Assembly: GCF_001447785.1 (NCBI RefSeq)
Contig: NW_015162068.1
Span: 1 to 63,993, forward strand
Source of the DNA: Gekko japonicus
Taxonomy: Eukaryota
Length of the DNA stretch: 63,993 bases
Direction of reading: 5' to 3'
The number at the start of each line of letters is the position of its first letter. Position 1 is the stretch's first letter. A program made the position numbers and the translations under genes. Shown here piece after piece: positions 1 through 13,600 of this stretch. Under the pieces are notes generated by a model. It made no database searches and was not told the DNA's origin. It worked only from the letters and a program-made list of their open reading frames with translations.

Positions 1-3000
1 TTCCTGGAGAAGTTGGCATAACACTATTGGCATGTAGTTCTTGTCACATGCTGTTGTAGTCAGCCAGGCTGGAATTGTACCTAACGTGAACTCATAAGAA
101 ACAGAAACAGTTTCCCAAGTGTGACAGTTTCTACAAATATTCAGAGGGCAACCTGAATAGTTCCTTCTCCTACACTATAACAATTAGCTTAATCTATTCT
201 TTAGACCCCCATAGGTAAGCCCACATTTTGAGCAGAAATGACATTTAATAGCAATTCCTGAGTGCAGATGAATTAAGCTTATTCCTTTCACTATGTTAAT
301 GGACTTTTTCAGAATCTGAGGTTTCTACGTTCATGGAATCTTCCATCTGGTCTTTATTCTCTTTAGAGAATCCTTAGGTTAGTATGAAAGAGAGTGACAG
401 AATATTGACAAGTGCCATGTGAATATATACACTGGTCCAGACTCATGTTGTGTTTCATAGCTTTTAGACAAACCTCAGCCTTTTAGCACTTGCAGATCTG
501 GCTCAGGTTTAGCATTGTGCTGCGTTTGGACCAATGAAAGACTCCTATAAGCTGTTTCTGAACTAGTTGCCCAGAAAAGAGCTACCAAAAAAATGGCTGT
601 GGGTTTGGGTTTCCTGAAGCAAGCTAAAATTGTATAATTTCGAAGCAGACACTAATTATACCTTTTGTCGTATTCTTTCTCCTAAACAACAGGCTCACAA
701 AAGTATCTTACAGCAACTGCTAGAAAACCCAGAACCTGATTCATTCCCCCCCTCCAGCTCATGATTACACCAAGAAAAATAAAGCCCTAGACCACCTCAC
801 TTGCACAGATCTTTGGTTATTGGGGCACAAAAATGATTAACTCCTTAAGTCACTACAATCTTTTACTGAACTGGAAGATCTGGATTTATTAAATAGCAGA
901 GGAAAGACAATATTGTCTGGTCTATATGTTACTTCTGGGGTCACCCTGTGAATGGGAAGGAGTTTAGTGAGAATGTAATGCCAGGGAGTCCAAAGGTGTC
1001 ATTACCTCCAGGATCTGTTGTCCACAGGTTAGTTGTAATGCCAGCTGAACCCCAAGCACCATTCTTGAGGTTGGTAATCTTCGTTATTCAGGGTCTCAAG
1101 AGAGTGAAATACAGCCGGACTCTACAGGCCCTTTTTTCAGAGGGCTTCACTGATGTTTGCTTCAACTCTGTTTGATCGGGGAGCAAATCTGAAGCTACTG
1201 TGAAGGGAACCCAGAAACTCTAGCTGTGGATGCACCTGCAACCTCGTGCTTCTTTGGATCTGGGTTTTCAGTATTAGTTCAGTGTTTGTCTTCCAGCAGC
1301 TGTTCAAGAAATCTAGATAGATACCTGATTCTAATACTTATGAAATGAAATACATAACATTAATTCAAATGGTATTTATTTCAAAGAAGCATAGATGTGC
1401 ATTTTACCAAAAGGCACAGGTTTGCTACTAGATGTCTAGTTCACCTTTACCTTATTTCCCAACAGCATCACACTGGACATTTCCCAGTCCCCTACTCACA
1501 GAATTGGGAAGGATATGGCAACTCTCAGCCTTATAGATATGAAGTAAGGTGAACAGAGGTGAGGCTGCTGTTTTCAGAAGCAGTCTCCTATATTTGGTAG
1601 TCTAGTTCTACCCTAAAGCATTGCAGGTCAAGATCTGTACTGAAGGCTGAGACAGCAAGAGCTTTTATACAATCTAATATGCTGACCAGTGTCTCTGTAA
1701 AAGAGTTCAATGGTGCTTGTGTAGACTGGGTCAAACAAGTCTTCCGTATTAAAAACACTATACAAAATTGCTGTGTGGGGGGGGGGGGGGGGGAGGACGT
1801 GCAGATCTGTCCTCGCAGAGGAGGGAGAGTTTGTCCCTGAATAAAACTTGGTCTTAAAGGTGCCACTGGATGGTTTTGGGCCGGGGGGAGCTCTGCAACT
1901 TACCTGGCTGCTTCTACTCTTTCCTCTTTTTTCTTTCATCTTGCATGCTATTACTATGCATATCCTCCCAAGGGAGGTATTCAGATGAAACCCGTAGTGT
2001 TGAAACGTTGCAGTTCCAAGTGACTGGCAACCCAACATCACACAAAGTTAGGTGTGCTTAAGATCACTGCTGTTATCCATGCCTGTCACCACGTAGGATC
2101 AGACTGTAAAATGTTAACCACTCCAGCAACTGTTGTTGCCCTCTCTTCTCTTTTTCACCATCAGAAATCCAATCCCATATGCCATAACATTGGCATCTTG
2201 TAAAAGAGCCTGAAGTCGTGTAGCAGCCTTTTGAAAATTCTACTACAAACGTGACTCAGGCATGTTGGCATTCTAGATTGAAGACTTTTTTTTGAGCTGT
2301 CAAGTCACAGCCAACTTATGGCAATGCCAAGACAAGAGGCTCTGCCTGCCTCTGCGGAGCAACCCTGGGCTTCTTCGGTGGTCTCCCATCCAATTACTAA
2401 CCAGGGCTGAGGCTGCTAAGTTTATGAGACTGGGCTTGCCTGGGCTATCCGCTCGAAGAATTACTTCACACATTATGAGAATCAGTACTTCGTAACTATT
2501 TAAAGCTAGAACACTTAGGCAAAATCATACATAACAATCATGTTTTACTACCATTATGTTTCTCTTCTTTGGGAAAGAATACAAGCTCAGCATCCACAGG
2601 GACCAAACTTTGTTTCATTAAATCTTTGGGCACCTATTGGAAACTGCTTTCGCCAAGCAGTCCAAGGTGCACATAAACACTCAGTTCATACATGAGGTGA
2701 AACCTGGCCTGCCTTCGTAAATGCTGGTTCCATCGTTCTCATTCTTCCCTTGCAGAGATTCAGCTGGTATCCAAGCCTGCATTGCAGCAAGGACAGCACC
2801 ATGACATCTATGTTCATACAACTAGACTAATTGGGGTTAATAAACCAAATTCATCTATGGACTCAGATCCTAGGCTGATGTAGATGACCTGCATTTGGAC
2901 AATCACACTAACCGTAATGGTTTAAGAAGTATAGGGTCCCATAATGCCTGAACTGAAACAAAAAAAAATGGTATGTGGAATTTCTGGCCTTTATAAGATC

Positions 3001-3207
3001 TGTTACTGGTCTTCAAAGGAAGTTTACATCTTCCACTCAGCCTTTTATATGAGTGAGTGTCAACCAGCACACTGGACACAGTGCTAGTACCCTCCCCACC
3101 AACTGCTGGCCAGTTTATAGATCCAACCCAGATCAACCTCTCATTCTGGGTTTGGTTCTTTAAAGTGATAATATATGTGATTAGTTAACTGTACTCAACA
3201 GCAAGAC

Positions 3208-3224
3208 TTTATTTACATTTTATT
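3208..3224 (-). terminator. Candidate CHMP4C polyadenylation signals (two AATAAA on minus strand)
   Basis: TTTATT at 3208-3213 and 3219-3224 (another at 3575-3580), about 1.4 kb downstream of the stop. Confidence 0.35.
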
Positions 3225-4631
3225 TGCCTTTCATTTCCAGTCACCAATTCCTCTGCATATACCTAGTTTTGTTCCCTTAGTCAAAAGGTAATTGGATGTG
3301 AAATATGAACATAAAATCAACTAAGTTATTCCAATTCTGTAATTAAACATTTAAAGAAGACATTCAAATAAACAAAAAAGACGTTGAAGAAATGAGAGCC
3401 ATTTCAAAAAGCTGCTATCTCTTAAAAACCTTTAAGATTGTTCCTTTCAACGACTGACAGTGCAATGTGAAATCTCTCTAATAAAAATGCAGCATTAAAA
3501 TGAAAACTGAGTGGAAAGAGCAGCAAATGAGTCTCTTCTTTACTCTGGCCGCAACGGAGACTTGCATGTCCCACTTTATTTTAGCACAAGGCATCTGCAA
3601 GCCTTAAAACAGTTTGATAAATCACTGGGCGACACATTTGTTCTAGTCTGGATTTCCTTTCAGTTACTTTTGCAAGTATATTAAAACTGAAGTAGTCTAA
3701 TTCAAAGAAGAAATCCTTGGAAGTTCCACCCTTTCTGTTAAGTATCTTAGATGGTATTCAAAGTCTTGTGACACCTCAGGGACTAATTAGAAAAGCTGTA
3801 CTGATTAGTGCTTTATGACTAATGTACCTATGTAAGAGTCTGCTTAAATCATCTTTCCATACATTAATGCAAGGAAGTGCTTGCAACAATACTTGCATTA
3901 GTCTTTAAGGTGCTATGGGATTTTTTCCTGACTCCTTATGAGTGAGTAAGAAAAGTATGTGCATGAAGGAAAAATGTGTGCACAAGTACAGAAATCCAAC
4001 AGTGCAAAATTATTTGTGGGCCTACATTTCCTGGATGAAATAAGAGCTAAATAGGGGCCCAATGGACTATGAATTTTAATCCCACCCCAAATCTGAAAAG
4101 GCCTCTAGAAGGGAGATTCCCATTTTCCTACAGCAACTCATTCCTTTGCTACTTGAGATAGAGAAACCTAGCATTTAACCCAAGCTAAGTTCTCCATCAT
4201 TGCTTCTACTATCCTGTGCAACAAACCAGTTCTGCAACATGTTTGCCCTGAGCAACGCAGCTACCATGAACCAAAGGGAAAAGAAGCTGGGGAATCTTGT
4301 AAGAAATGGACCTTGCCTGCTGCTGAATGTTATTTCGTACTGACAGAGACAGTCAGACATCCTTACGGCCAAAGGATAATACTGTGATTACCCGGTAATG
4401 TAAGTCTCATCTGGTTTCTTCAAGACACACACAAAAAAGCCAGAAAAAGCTACATCTGAAACAGAAATAGTATTTTTTGTTATTGTTTTGGAGTAATCCC
4501 AGCTCGGTTTTTAAAAAATGAACATACAAAAAGCATCAACAGTGACCAGTTTTCGTCTGTATCAAACAACCGCACTGCATATAACACACGAACTCTGGCC
4601 ATGGCATTTGCTGTAAGCCTTCGAGCTACTG

Positions 4632-4696
4632 TTAAGATGCCCAGGCTGCCAGCTGCTTCATGTCGTCGTCATCCTCCACTCTCTTCCTTGAAGATG
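4632..4696 (-). CDS. CHMP4C: CHMP4C exon 5 coding part (65 nt)
   Basis: ctacag|CA acceptor; ASSRKRVEDDDDMKQLAAWAS-TAA, the ALIX-binding C-terminal helix MxxLxxW. Confidence 0.95.
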
Positions 4697-7600
4697 CTGT
4701 AGCAATAGATGAGTAAACAACAATTTACTATACAGAAGTAACAAGATACAGAAGTCTGTGACTCAACAGGAACTCTTCCATATAAATTGCAGCCATGATG
4801 CGCCTAACCCAAATTCCACCGAAATCAGCTGAAAGGCATACTTGCCACTGTTAAGAAAGGACTCAGTTAAGAATCACTCGGAGAGCTTCGTTCTGAGAGT
4901 TGGGCTTGGGTTCATTGTCTAGAACTTAGTTCAGAGAGTTGGATACCCCAACCTGTAGCCAGTTGCTGATCTTCATGCACTGTTCCTGTACTTCCTACCC
5001 ATCAATGCCATACTACCATATGCCTATCATAGGCAGTATGTCTGTTGCTATTAAGTACACAAAATGGCTTGGATCCTGCAAACTGCCAGAAAGGGACAAT
5101 GATGGTCCAGAATCTCCCCACCCTCACCCCCGGAACTACTACTAACACAGGGAACATTTATTCCCAACATGGAGGGACTCATGTGTGCTGTTGTCTACAC
5201 AAGTTGGGTGGCTGCAGTGCAGAGGGGTAAGGGAACAAGGTCAACCTTTTTGCCTCTTCCATGAGCAGAAGAACTATGCTCATGGACGAGAAAGGAGTGA
5301 AATCACTTCTATTGGTTTTAACCTGAGTGACCTTGTCATCCGGTCAGAGCTTGAGGTCTTTACTTTGCTTAAACAGAGACTTATTGATATAGAGTTGCAA
5401 GAGCTCAGAGCCCTTGCCTCCGGAAGGTGCTCCTCAGTAAGGTGGGCTTATCCCCTTTCTGGTACTCTACCATATTACTTTTTCTGTCTGACTTCACCGC
5501 AAATGTGTAGAGCTTATCTGTTGGCCCGTCTTAATGTCCTCCCCTCTGCTATTCTTGAGGGGAGATATAAGCAAATTCCTTATTCAATCAGGTTCTGTGG
5601 TTGTAACAGAAGTGAAATAGAAACTGTTGAGCACGTACTCTTACACTGTAAATTGTTAAATGACATTCGAGTGGAGTGTATAGAAGCCCCCCTTAGGATG
5701 GTAGCAGGCCAATCAGATAGAATCAAGGTACAATTTCTCCTTGCTTCACGAGATCTGGAGATCATTGAACTGACCGCTAAGTTTCTCCATTGTTTTATAA
5801 AACGGAAGAGTAACCCTGATCATATTAATGATTCTTAATTTATAAGTTTAAAAACTTAAGTTTAAAAGTTTGGAATGCCAGTTTATTTTATGATTCAGGC
5901 ATCTTTTGTATGGTCAAATCTAACTTGTGACAACTTGAGTTAGGCCTGACATACCCACGACTATCTATTTTATAATTTCTCTTGGACTGTATTATTGGGA
6001 AATGTTTTAATATTCTATGCCAATAAAAGGTATTTGAATTTGAAAAAAAAAATTTGAGAAAGGAGTGATTTCACACACACCCCTCTCCCATGCCACTGCA
6101 GCTGCCTGACCTACACAGCTATTATTACATGTGAGTCCCTCTGCAGCTGGAATGAACTTTCCTAGGGTTGAAAAGAGGGGGGAGGATGGGAAGATCCCAC
6201 AACCCTTGCACTAGCAGGATCCAACCCAATAACATTCAGCAAGGGATAATATACAGGACAGTTGAGAAAATGAGGCAGTAGCAGAAAAAGGAAGCACAAC
6301 CGAGCACCTCTACCATTTGCTAGAAAGATCCTACACTATTCCTGTGAAGTCACTAAACATCTGCCAGGATGATCACATCACATCTGGTGGGCAATGCAGC
6401 CAAGTATCTTTGCCATAATGTTGCTGCCTAGTTTGGCTCTAGCCTACAAATGGAACAACTCTGGCATCATTTAAAATCTACAGATGCAGTAAATTTGGTT
6501 TTATTTTAAAACAAATCTTTTAAAATGACAGCAGTCACTGCTTCTGTAGCTTTCTAAGTAATTAAAACGGGGCTCTTATTTTGGAGCAAGAGTGCCCTAT
6601 AACATTTTAATGTTTTTTTCAGATCTTCACAGTACTCTTGAGAGAAACAGGAAAACGTCACTGTTAAGTGTGAACATTAAGCACAGGACAGCTGTAATCC
6701 TGACAGTATTGTTGCTGCCATCCTGACTTTCTGTATCATTATTCAGGGCTCTTTTTGTAGAAAAAGCCCAGCAGGAACTCATTAGCATAATAGGCCACAC
6801 CCAACAGCAGGCATTCATTAGCATATTGGGCCACACCCCTGACAGCACAGCTCATTAGCACATTAGGCCACACCCACATGTTACCAGAAGTGTGGTTATC
6901 CAGCCACACCCACCTTTTGCTTGTTATTCTGTTGACCTTGTTTGTTGTCAAAACCCAGGGCCTTTTTTTGTAGCAGGAACTCCTTTGCATGTTAGGCCAC
7001 ACACCCATAATGTAGCCAATCCTAATGAGTTTCTGCTGTTGGGTGTGGCCTGTTATGCTAATGAGTTCCTGCTCGGCGTGGCCAACTTGGGAGCCAGCCG
7101 GAACTCCGTTCCTGTGCGTTCCTGCCCAAAAATAGCCCTGATTATTGTACACTGACGTCCTTCCTTTACTGAGACTTAGTCCCAGGTGGGGTGGGAGAAG
7201 AACAACTGAGCCAGCCAGCAGAAGGAAATACACCATCAATGACCACTATTGGTTATAGCAGGTAAGGTATTACAGCTCTCTAGTATCTTGCAGTCCTTTT
7301 ATGCTAGCAGATAGGCCCATAAACTATCTATATGTAGATCTTCAGACAAAGACAACAAAGTAGGAGCAATGAAGCCCATAGGGTTGAAAGCTCTAATACC
7401 CTCATGTTTAATCAACAGTTGCAAAAACCAAGAAACAGAAATTCATCAAGTAGAGCTGAACTGTGTTATAGCTCATCTCTTGCCCCTGATTATTTCAATT
7501 TTGTGTCTTACCAACAGGCAACTCAACACAGCTAGCTTACCCGGTTGTGAGGGCAGCGACGTGGACGGTACACTTGGTAATCGGACATTTGCCATTTTGT

Positions 7601-10600
7601 TGTTGAGCTCTTCTTGCTCCAGTTCCTCCAATTCTGCCAGCAGCTCATCCTGAAAGTAAGATGCTGGTCTGTTACAGTTCAAGAAATAGGCTCAGTTATA
7701 AGTTGGGCACCTATGAGTAACCTGTGAGTAACTGCATGGGTGGGGTGCAGATATGAACTGAGAAGCTTCCCTCTGATCCAAGGTTTCCTCTCCAGGTGAG
7801 TGTAAGCTGTTGGGAGCCTGCGTGGGCCAGTTTCACATCTCTTTTTCCTTTTCTGTTTGACATTCCATGCTTCCTAAACAGCAATGAGCATGCTTGGTCC
7901 ACATCAGGCCACGGGGGCAGGGGGAATTCTACTTTAAAAAGTCATATTTCTCTACATATTTGGGTAATCTCCACAGAATGCAGAAACCCTGCAAACTGGG
8001 GGACGACACTACTCCATACTGGTAGTCTCTCAATCATCAATTTTGCCATTGGAAATAATTATATCCAGGGTATCTCTGTTTATACCAATCATGTCAACAG
8101 CCACTCACGTGGTTTCAGGCAACCAGGCTGGGAAGCTTTTGTAAATGGAAAGATGGCTAGTTCTTTCCTCCCTTTAGGCATTCAACATACCACAAACATA
8201 TTTGGTATGTATGAGAGAGCAGTGAATATCTTGTAGACCAGTAATTTTAAATGAAGGGGAGAAAGTTGTAAGACTCTTCGGACCCTCATTGGAGAGAAAA
8301 CTGGGGCATAAATGAAGTACCACAACACAGAGAATTTGTATTTTCTTCACACACTGCAGGACTCTTCCTTGTTCCATTTGAAAGAGGTGAGAATGGGGGG
8401 ATGATTTAGGGGCATAAGTGAGCTGAATGTCAGTGCTGCATGCATCTGCTCTGGAGACAGACTTGTCTGTAATATCTAATTCCACTACTGTGTATCACAG
8501 CATGGTGGACCGGCACAGGCATAACTCACACAACTGCATTAACATCTTTTAAAGAAACAGTGGGAGTCGTAGCCATGAGATGGAAGTTATGCNNNNNNNN
8601 NNNNNNNNNNNNNNNNNNNNNNNTCTTCAGCAAATGAAAGTCAAATTTCAACTTCATTCTGACTACTTGGCAAAAGTGGGCCACAGAATTTTACTCCAGT
8701 CCTATAATTAACCTTCCTTTGGCAGAAAATGTTATCTCTGGCATGGCCCTTATTCAGAACTGGGTAGTCTGAAATCTAATTTTTCACCACTTGAACACAG
8801 ACTGCTTCTTAAGTCAATGGAGGCTTGACGTGCAAATGTGTTAAGTGCTTGGAAATGAGCTTGAGAAGATTTGATCAAACACAAAAAAGGGAGTGATATT
8901 TCAGCAGTAGCTGTGCTTTGTTCTTCATTTGATTGCATTACTAACCTCATCAAAATCATCACCAACTTTTCTTGTAAGAGCTTCTGTTATCTCTTGCGCA
9001 ATATCTTGCTGTTCTGTGATATCTTGCATCATGTCATCAATTTTGTCCAGATCCCTGAAGAAACAAACATGCCAATAACTTGATTTCTCCAAATGAATTC
9101 ACAGGTCATAACCCGACTTGGAAAGGGGCCCCATTGGTAGACCCAATATTTTGCATGCAGGGATCTCAATATTGTTGGAATGTATGTGGCCTGAAAAGCA
9201 CAGGCTTCAATGAATTATGGCCCAGGTCATACAGAGGTAGAGCTGTCAACAGTCTGGAGGGGGGAAAAATCTCCTGTCTCTTTAATAGGGGCTTAATGGG
9301 ATGTTATTTACTGGGATGTTATTTATATTTCCTTCCATGCTATGAGGTTTCAGCTGCCCATTTTCATACCTTAAGCCTCTATTAAAGGACAGGACATTAT
9401 TATCCAGGGCTACTGACATCACTATCCAGAGGATGAACTAGTGTTGTCAGCCCAAGGCTAGCAACCAGCTGGAGGCCTACTGATAGGGTTGCCAGGTTCC
9501 TACATTTTGTCAGCAGGGGGCTTCCCACCTCTCCAGGATCTTCTTGCACATGCACTATGATGACTTCACCCAGAAGTGACATCATTGCACTAGGCATGTT
9601 GCGGGGGAGGGGTCACCAAAGAGTTTTGGCCGAACACTAGAGCGTCCCCCCACAACGTGCCTGCCACAATGACATCACCTCCAGGTGACATCTTTGTGCT
9701 GGGCACGTCCGACATCGCAGAGCTCTTCAGGGGTAGGGCTCCCCCCACCGGCCAGCTGGCCTGTAGGCGGATTGGTGGGCCAAAATCGGAGGAACCCCTG
9801 CCCCTATTGGGGGGATGGCAACCCTACCTACCAGCAATGGGGAAGCTCACCAGTGACATCATGACATTGCCAGAATTGCTGTGACATCATACCAGGCACA
9901 ACCCAGAAGTAGTGACATCAAATGGGGTGATGCTGTAGCTACAGGCTCACACTAAATGGACATCATTGCATTGCCATCACAGGCAAGTTTCTCCTCCATT
10001 TTCCCCCTCAAGCCCACCTTGTGAAGGAAGAAGACTGCCGATGAAGTGAGTGTGGGACAGGAAATAGAATGTTCAAGCCCTGCTGTTGGCACACATAACA
10101 GACATAACCAATGGGTAGCTTGAACTGGCCACTAGCAAAAGCCAGTCGGAATAGGGAAAATGAAAATGCTCTCGCAAGGACTGAATTCCAGCACTTCCTA
10201 GAATGGAAAGTTGTACAGGCCAATAAGATCCATGGCTAAAGTCCACAGTGCTCCCACAATATTAGTCTCTCTAGCCAAAAAGGAAACCAAACTTCAACAG
10301 CAGCCAAAGATTGTAGCCATAATGACAAAGAAAATATCCCAAGAAATGTTGATTTTCCCCCCACTTACATATTTTCGTGTACTTTTTTCATTGCTTGGGC
10401 AGCATAACCCATGTTTTTGAATACTTCTGTGTTTGTGTAGGAATTTTCAAGTGCTTCACGCTGGAATTCAATGGTGGAAAGCGTCCCATCAATTTGGGTC
10501 AACTGTTTCTCGTATCTCTTTTTTCTCTTCAGTGCTTGCAGTGCAACTGTTTGCATAACAAGAGAGAAGATATCAGCTATGTATCATTTCATAATGCAAT

Positions 10601-13600
10601 AGAAATGCAAATGCTTCACATATTTAGTACTGGACAAGGAAGGAAGGAAGCAAAATAGAAAACCTGAACACTGAAGGGTAAATGTAGGAGACCTAGAATC
10701 TCTCAGTCCCTTATGAGGGTCCTTTCCAATTTGTCATAAAGAACCATGTAAATCTATGTTTCTATTCCATGCATGCAGCAGAAAACTCCACACTAGGACT
10801 AATTTGGCTTAAGAAAACTGTATGGCGGGGGGGGGGAGAGAGAGACAAGAGCCCTCCCTCCACCAGAGAGTTGCCAACTCCCACTTGGGAAATCCCTGGA
10901 GAATTGGGCATGGAGCCTGGGGAAGGGAGGGAACTTGGCAAGAATGTGATTGAAGCTGCTATTTCCTGCAGAAAAACTGTAGTCTGGAAACCGAAGCAAA
11001 TCAGACCCCACAGACTTTTAAAACAGTCTTTCCTGCAGCTGCTGTGTGGCTGCAGAGAAAGCAAGTTCCTTGGACCTGACATTAAAAAAATATGTGTAGT
11101 ATTGATACTGTCAGTATGTATTATCATTACTCCTCCCATGTACTGCCATTATTATTATTACTATTAGTGCCATATAATCTGTTTCAACTGCAATTTGGTA
11201 TATAGTGGGGGGTGGGGGAATGCTACCCAAGAACAAAAAGTGAAAAATCCCATAGATCGTTTACATTTAAAAGGAACAGTTGTGTTGTGGCTCAGTCCAT
11301 TCATTTGGTCTGATTTTTACTTTATGAGTGGTTTTAAAAAGAAGTGATGAATTGACCTATGAATTTCTCTTAGATCAGGTCAAATCAAAAGACACAATTA
11401 CAGACGTCACAATTCCTTTGCAGTTGTGTGCTGCTGGGACAGGTACCCTAAATGCTTTAATGTCACATCCAATGAACATTTCAAATCACAAGGGTGAGAA
11501 AATAGGTGGCTGTCTGTGAACTACACCACTACACCATCTTGTGGCACCCTAAAGATTATCCATTGTGTTTCTGTTCCATTCACACCCTTTCCTCCAAGGA
11601 GTTCAAGGGCACATGGTACCTGACACCCCCATTTTGTCTTCAGGACTACTTTGCCCAAAGTTAGCCAGTGACCTTCATAACTGAGTATGGATTTGATCAT
11701 GGGCCTCCGTAGTCCCAGTCCAACACTGTAACCATTACACCACACCGTTTCCCATTTGAAAGTATCAGTAATCCTAGACTCTTTATGGAACTGTAAGACT
11801 CAAAAATTAACAGTTTACCCTGCCCCCGGAAGTGGTTAAATATGAAACGGCTAGTCAACTAGTGTGATTTGCAAGGATCAGTGTGGCTCCAGAAGCACTA
11901 AAAGAGTTCCACTTCCAGTAATGTAATTCATATCAACTCCACATTAGGACTATCACTTCCGTGGATTCTAAGGGGCCTGTGATGCTACGCAAGCTTTTGT
12001 TTTCACTGTTACATATAAGTTACCATATTTTCTTATAGTCGTTTTAAGAAAGCACCCAAAATGCATAGTTTACTACTGGAAATTGAGATTAATTGGACTG
12101 AAGAACACTTCTAAGCGTGCTAGACTGGGCCCTTAATAATGTAATTACGGAGTAGGGGAGATATGCTTCATGGCTTCCAATTATGCTCAGACTCTTAAAT
12201 CTGTCCTTCTTGCAGTAATTTACTTCCATACTTAAGAAGGCCTACACCCCTCAAGGACATACTCAAACTCATGTCTTCATTTAAACTTCCTGTCTATAAC
12301 ATCTCTCGATACAGACAACTGCAGCACAAACAGGCTTCTTGCGCTTCAGTAAAACAAAGCTAACCCATCGCTGAAGGCATGTTCTTCCAGATGTGCCCTG
12401 ACTACAGCGCAAAGATCAACTATTTTCAAGTGCTTGGATTCAGCAAGCTCTCTGTTGCACCCACTATATATAGAAACGCACACCGTAAATTTAGCTGATT
12501 ATGGCTGTTCCGGCTGCAAACAATCAGTGGTGTGACAGGTAAATAACAGCCTTGTGTAGAACCAAAAAGGAGATGCTGACTGGCAGCAGCGGATAGAGGG
12601 AGCTCTCAGGATCAAAGCAACCAAACTTTGAGGACTTTGAACTTCACGATCTACCCAGTCTTGTTTGACTGGCTCGGCAACTGCAAAGCATTCGAAGAAC
12701 ACGTCATGAACCTCATTTCAACCCCTTACGTCATCGGAAATACACATTTTTAGTGAGAGCAAGGCTACTCCCTCTAACTTGTATCCTGAGCCATCTAGAC
12801 AGATTTTAAAAACATGCACATTTTGTTGATGCACATAAAATGTCCTTCATTTTGCAAAAGTTAATATTGTATGACATTAATACATTAACAAGAAGAGTTT
12901 GGCAGTGTCAGAACACATGTTCTGAACGCATCTTTCATTACCAACCAAATTAACAAAATTATATCCCATAAAAATGTTGTTTTCTTTATGCCATGTGCAT
13001 TGATTAATTTCAAAGCCACCCACATAGAGCACCTTTTAGGGCCAGAAATATCTGGCCCCACTGTGCCTACTTGGTAGCACACCTGTGGGGAGGGAGTTAG
13101 TGCTCTCATAGCCATCGCGGAACCTTTGAGTAGCAGTTGCTGAAACAGGAGTGATGAGTTTTTCTGCTAACATCTCCTAGTACCAGGATCCTTGATTTGA
13201 ATAGGATGGGGGGGGTATGAAACAAAAAGGGGTACTAAACCCTGTACACACAAAAATCCTGTGCCAGGTTCCTTCTTTTCAGCATCTTTCTTCCAGCATT
13301 GTGTCTGCTGGGTGCTTTACTGAGAAGCCTTTAAACAACAGCATTTGTTCATTCAGTAAATGCAGGTCTGTTATTTATTTGCTGCACAGTCAACATTCCT
13401 TAATCTTGAGGATGTATTGTACAGAACACAAACTTACTTCACAGACACTCATAGTGACAGGAAGAAGAAGATCCCCATTCCAAAGAGTTCAGAAAAAGAA
13501 CAGAGCCAGTTAAGAGTCAAAGAGTAATCTGAGGAAATAAACATAATATCACAGGTCACTTAATCTTTACACTGCCATTATTCAGAAGTACAATAGTAAG

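Noticed and set aside
1-1370. Possible 3' exons of SNX16 (expected neighbour) or micro-exons near 204-214, 367-377 and an acceptor at 692
   Set aside because: No SNX16-like peptide recognised; frames stop quickly, and splice-like motifs alone are insufficient.
5185-5838. 217-aa ORF as a host gene
   Set aside because: It is the ORF2 tail of a TSD-flanked LINE, and its start lies outside the element.
6739-7239. 166-aa ORF, and CRISPR-like appearance of spaced ~25-bp repeats
   Set aside because: The repeats are MITE subterminal motifs with short related spacers in vertebrate DNA with no cas genes; the ORF is a by-product.
7506-7540. Downstream alternative donor GTAAGA (7511) that could restore a CHMP4C insertion
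   Set aside because: It gives phase 0, incompatible with phase-1 exon 5, and the peptide KLAVLSCLL is unlike the mammalian insertion.
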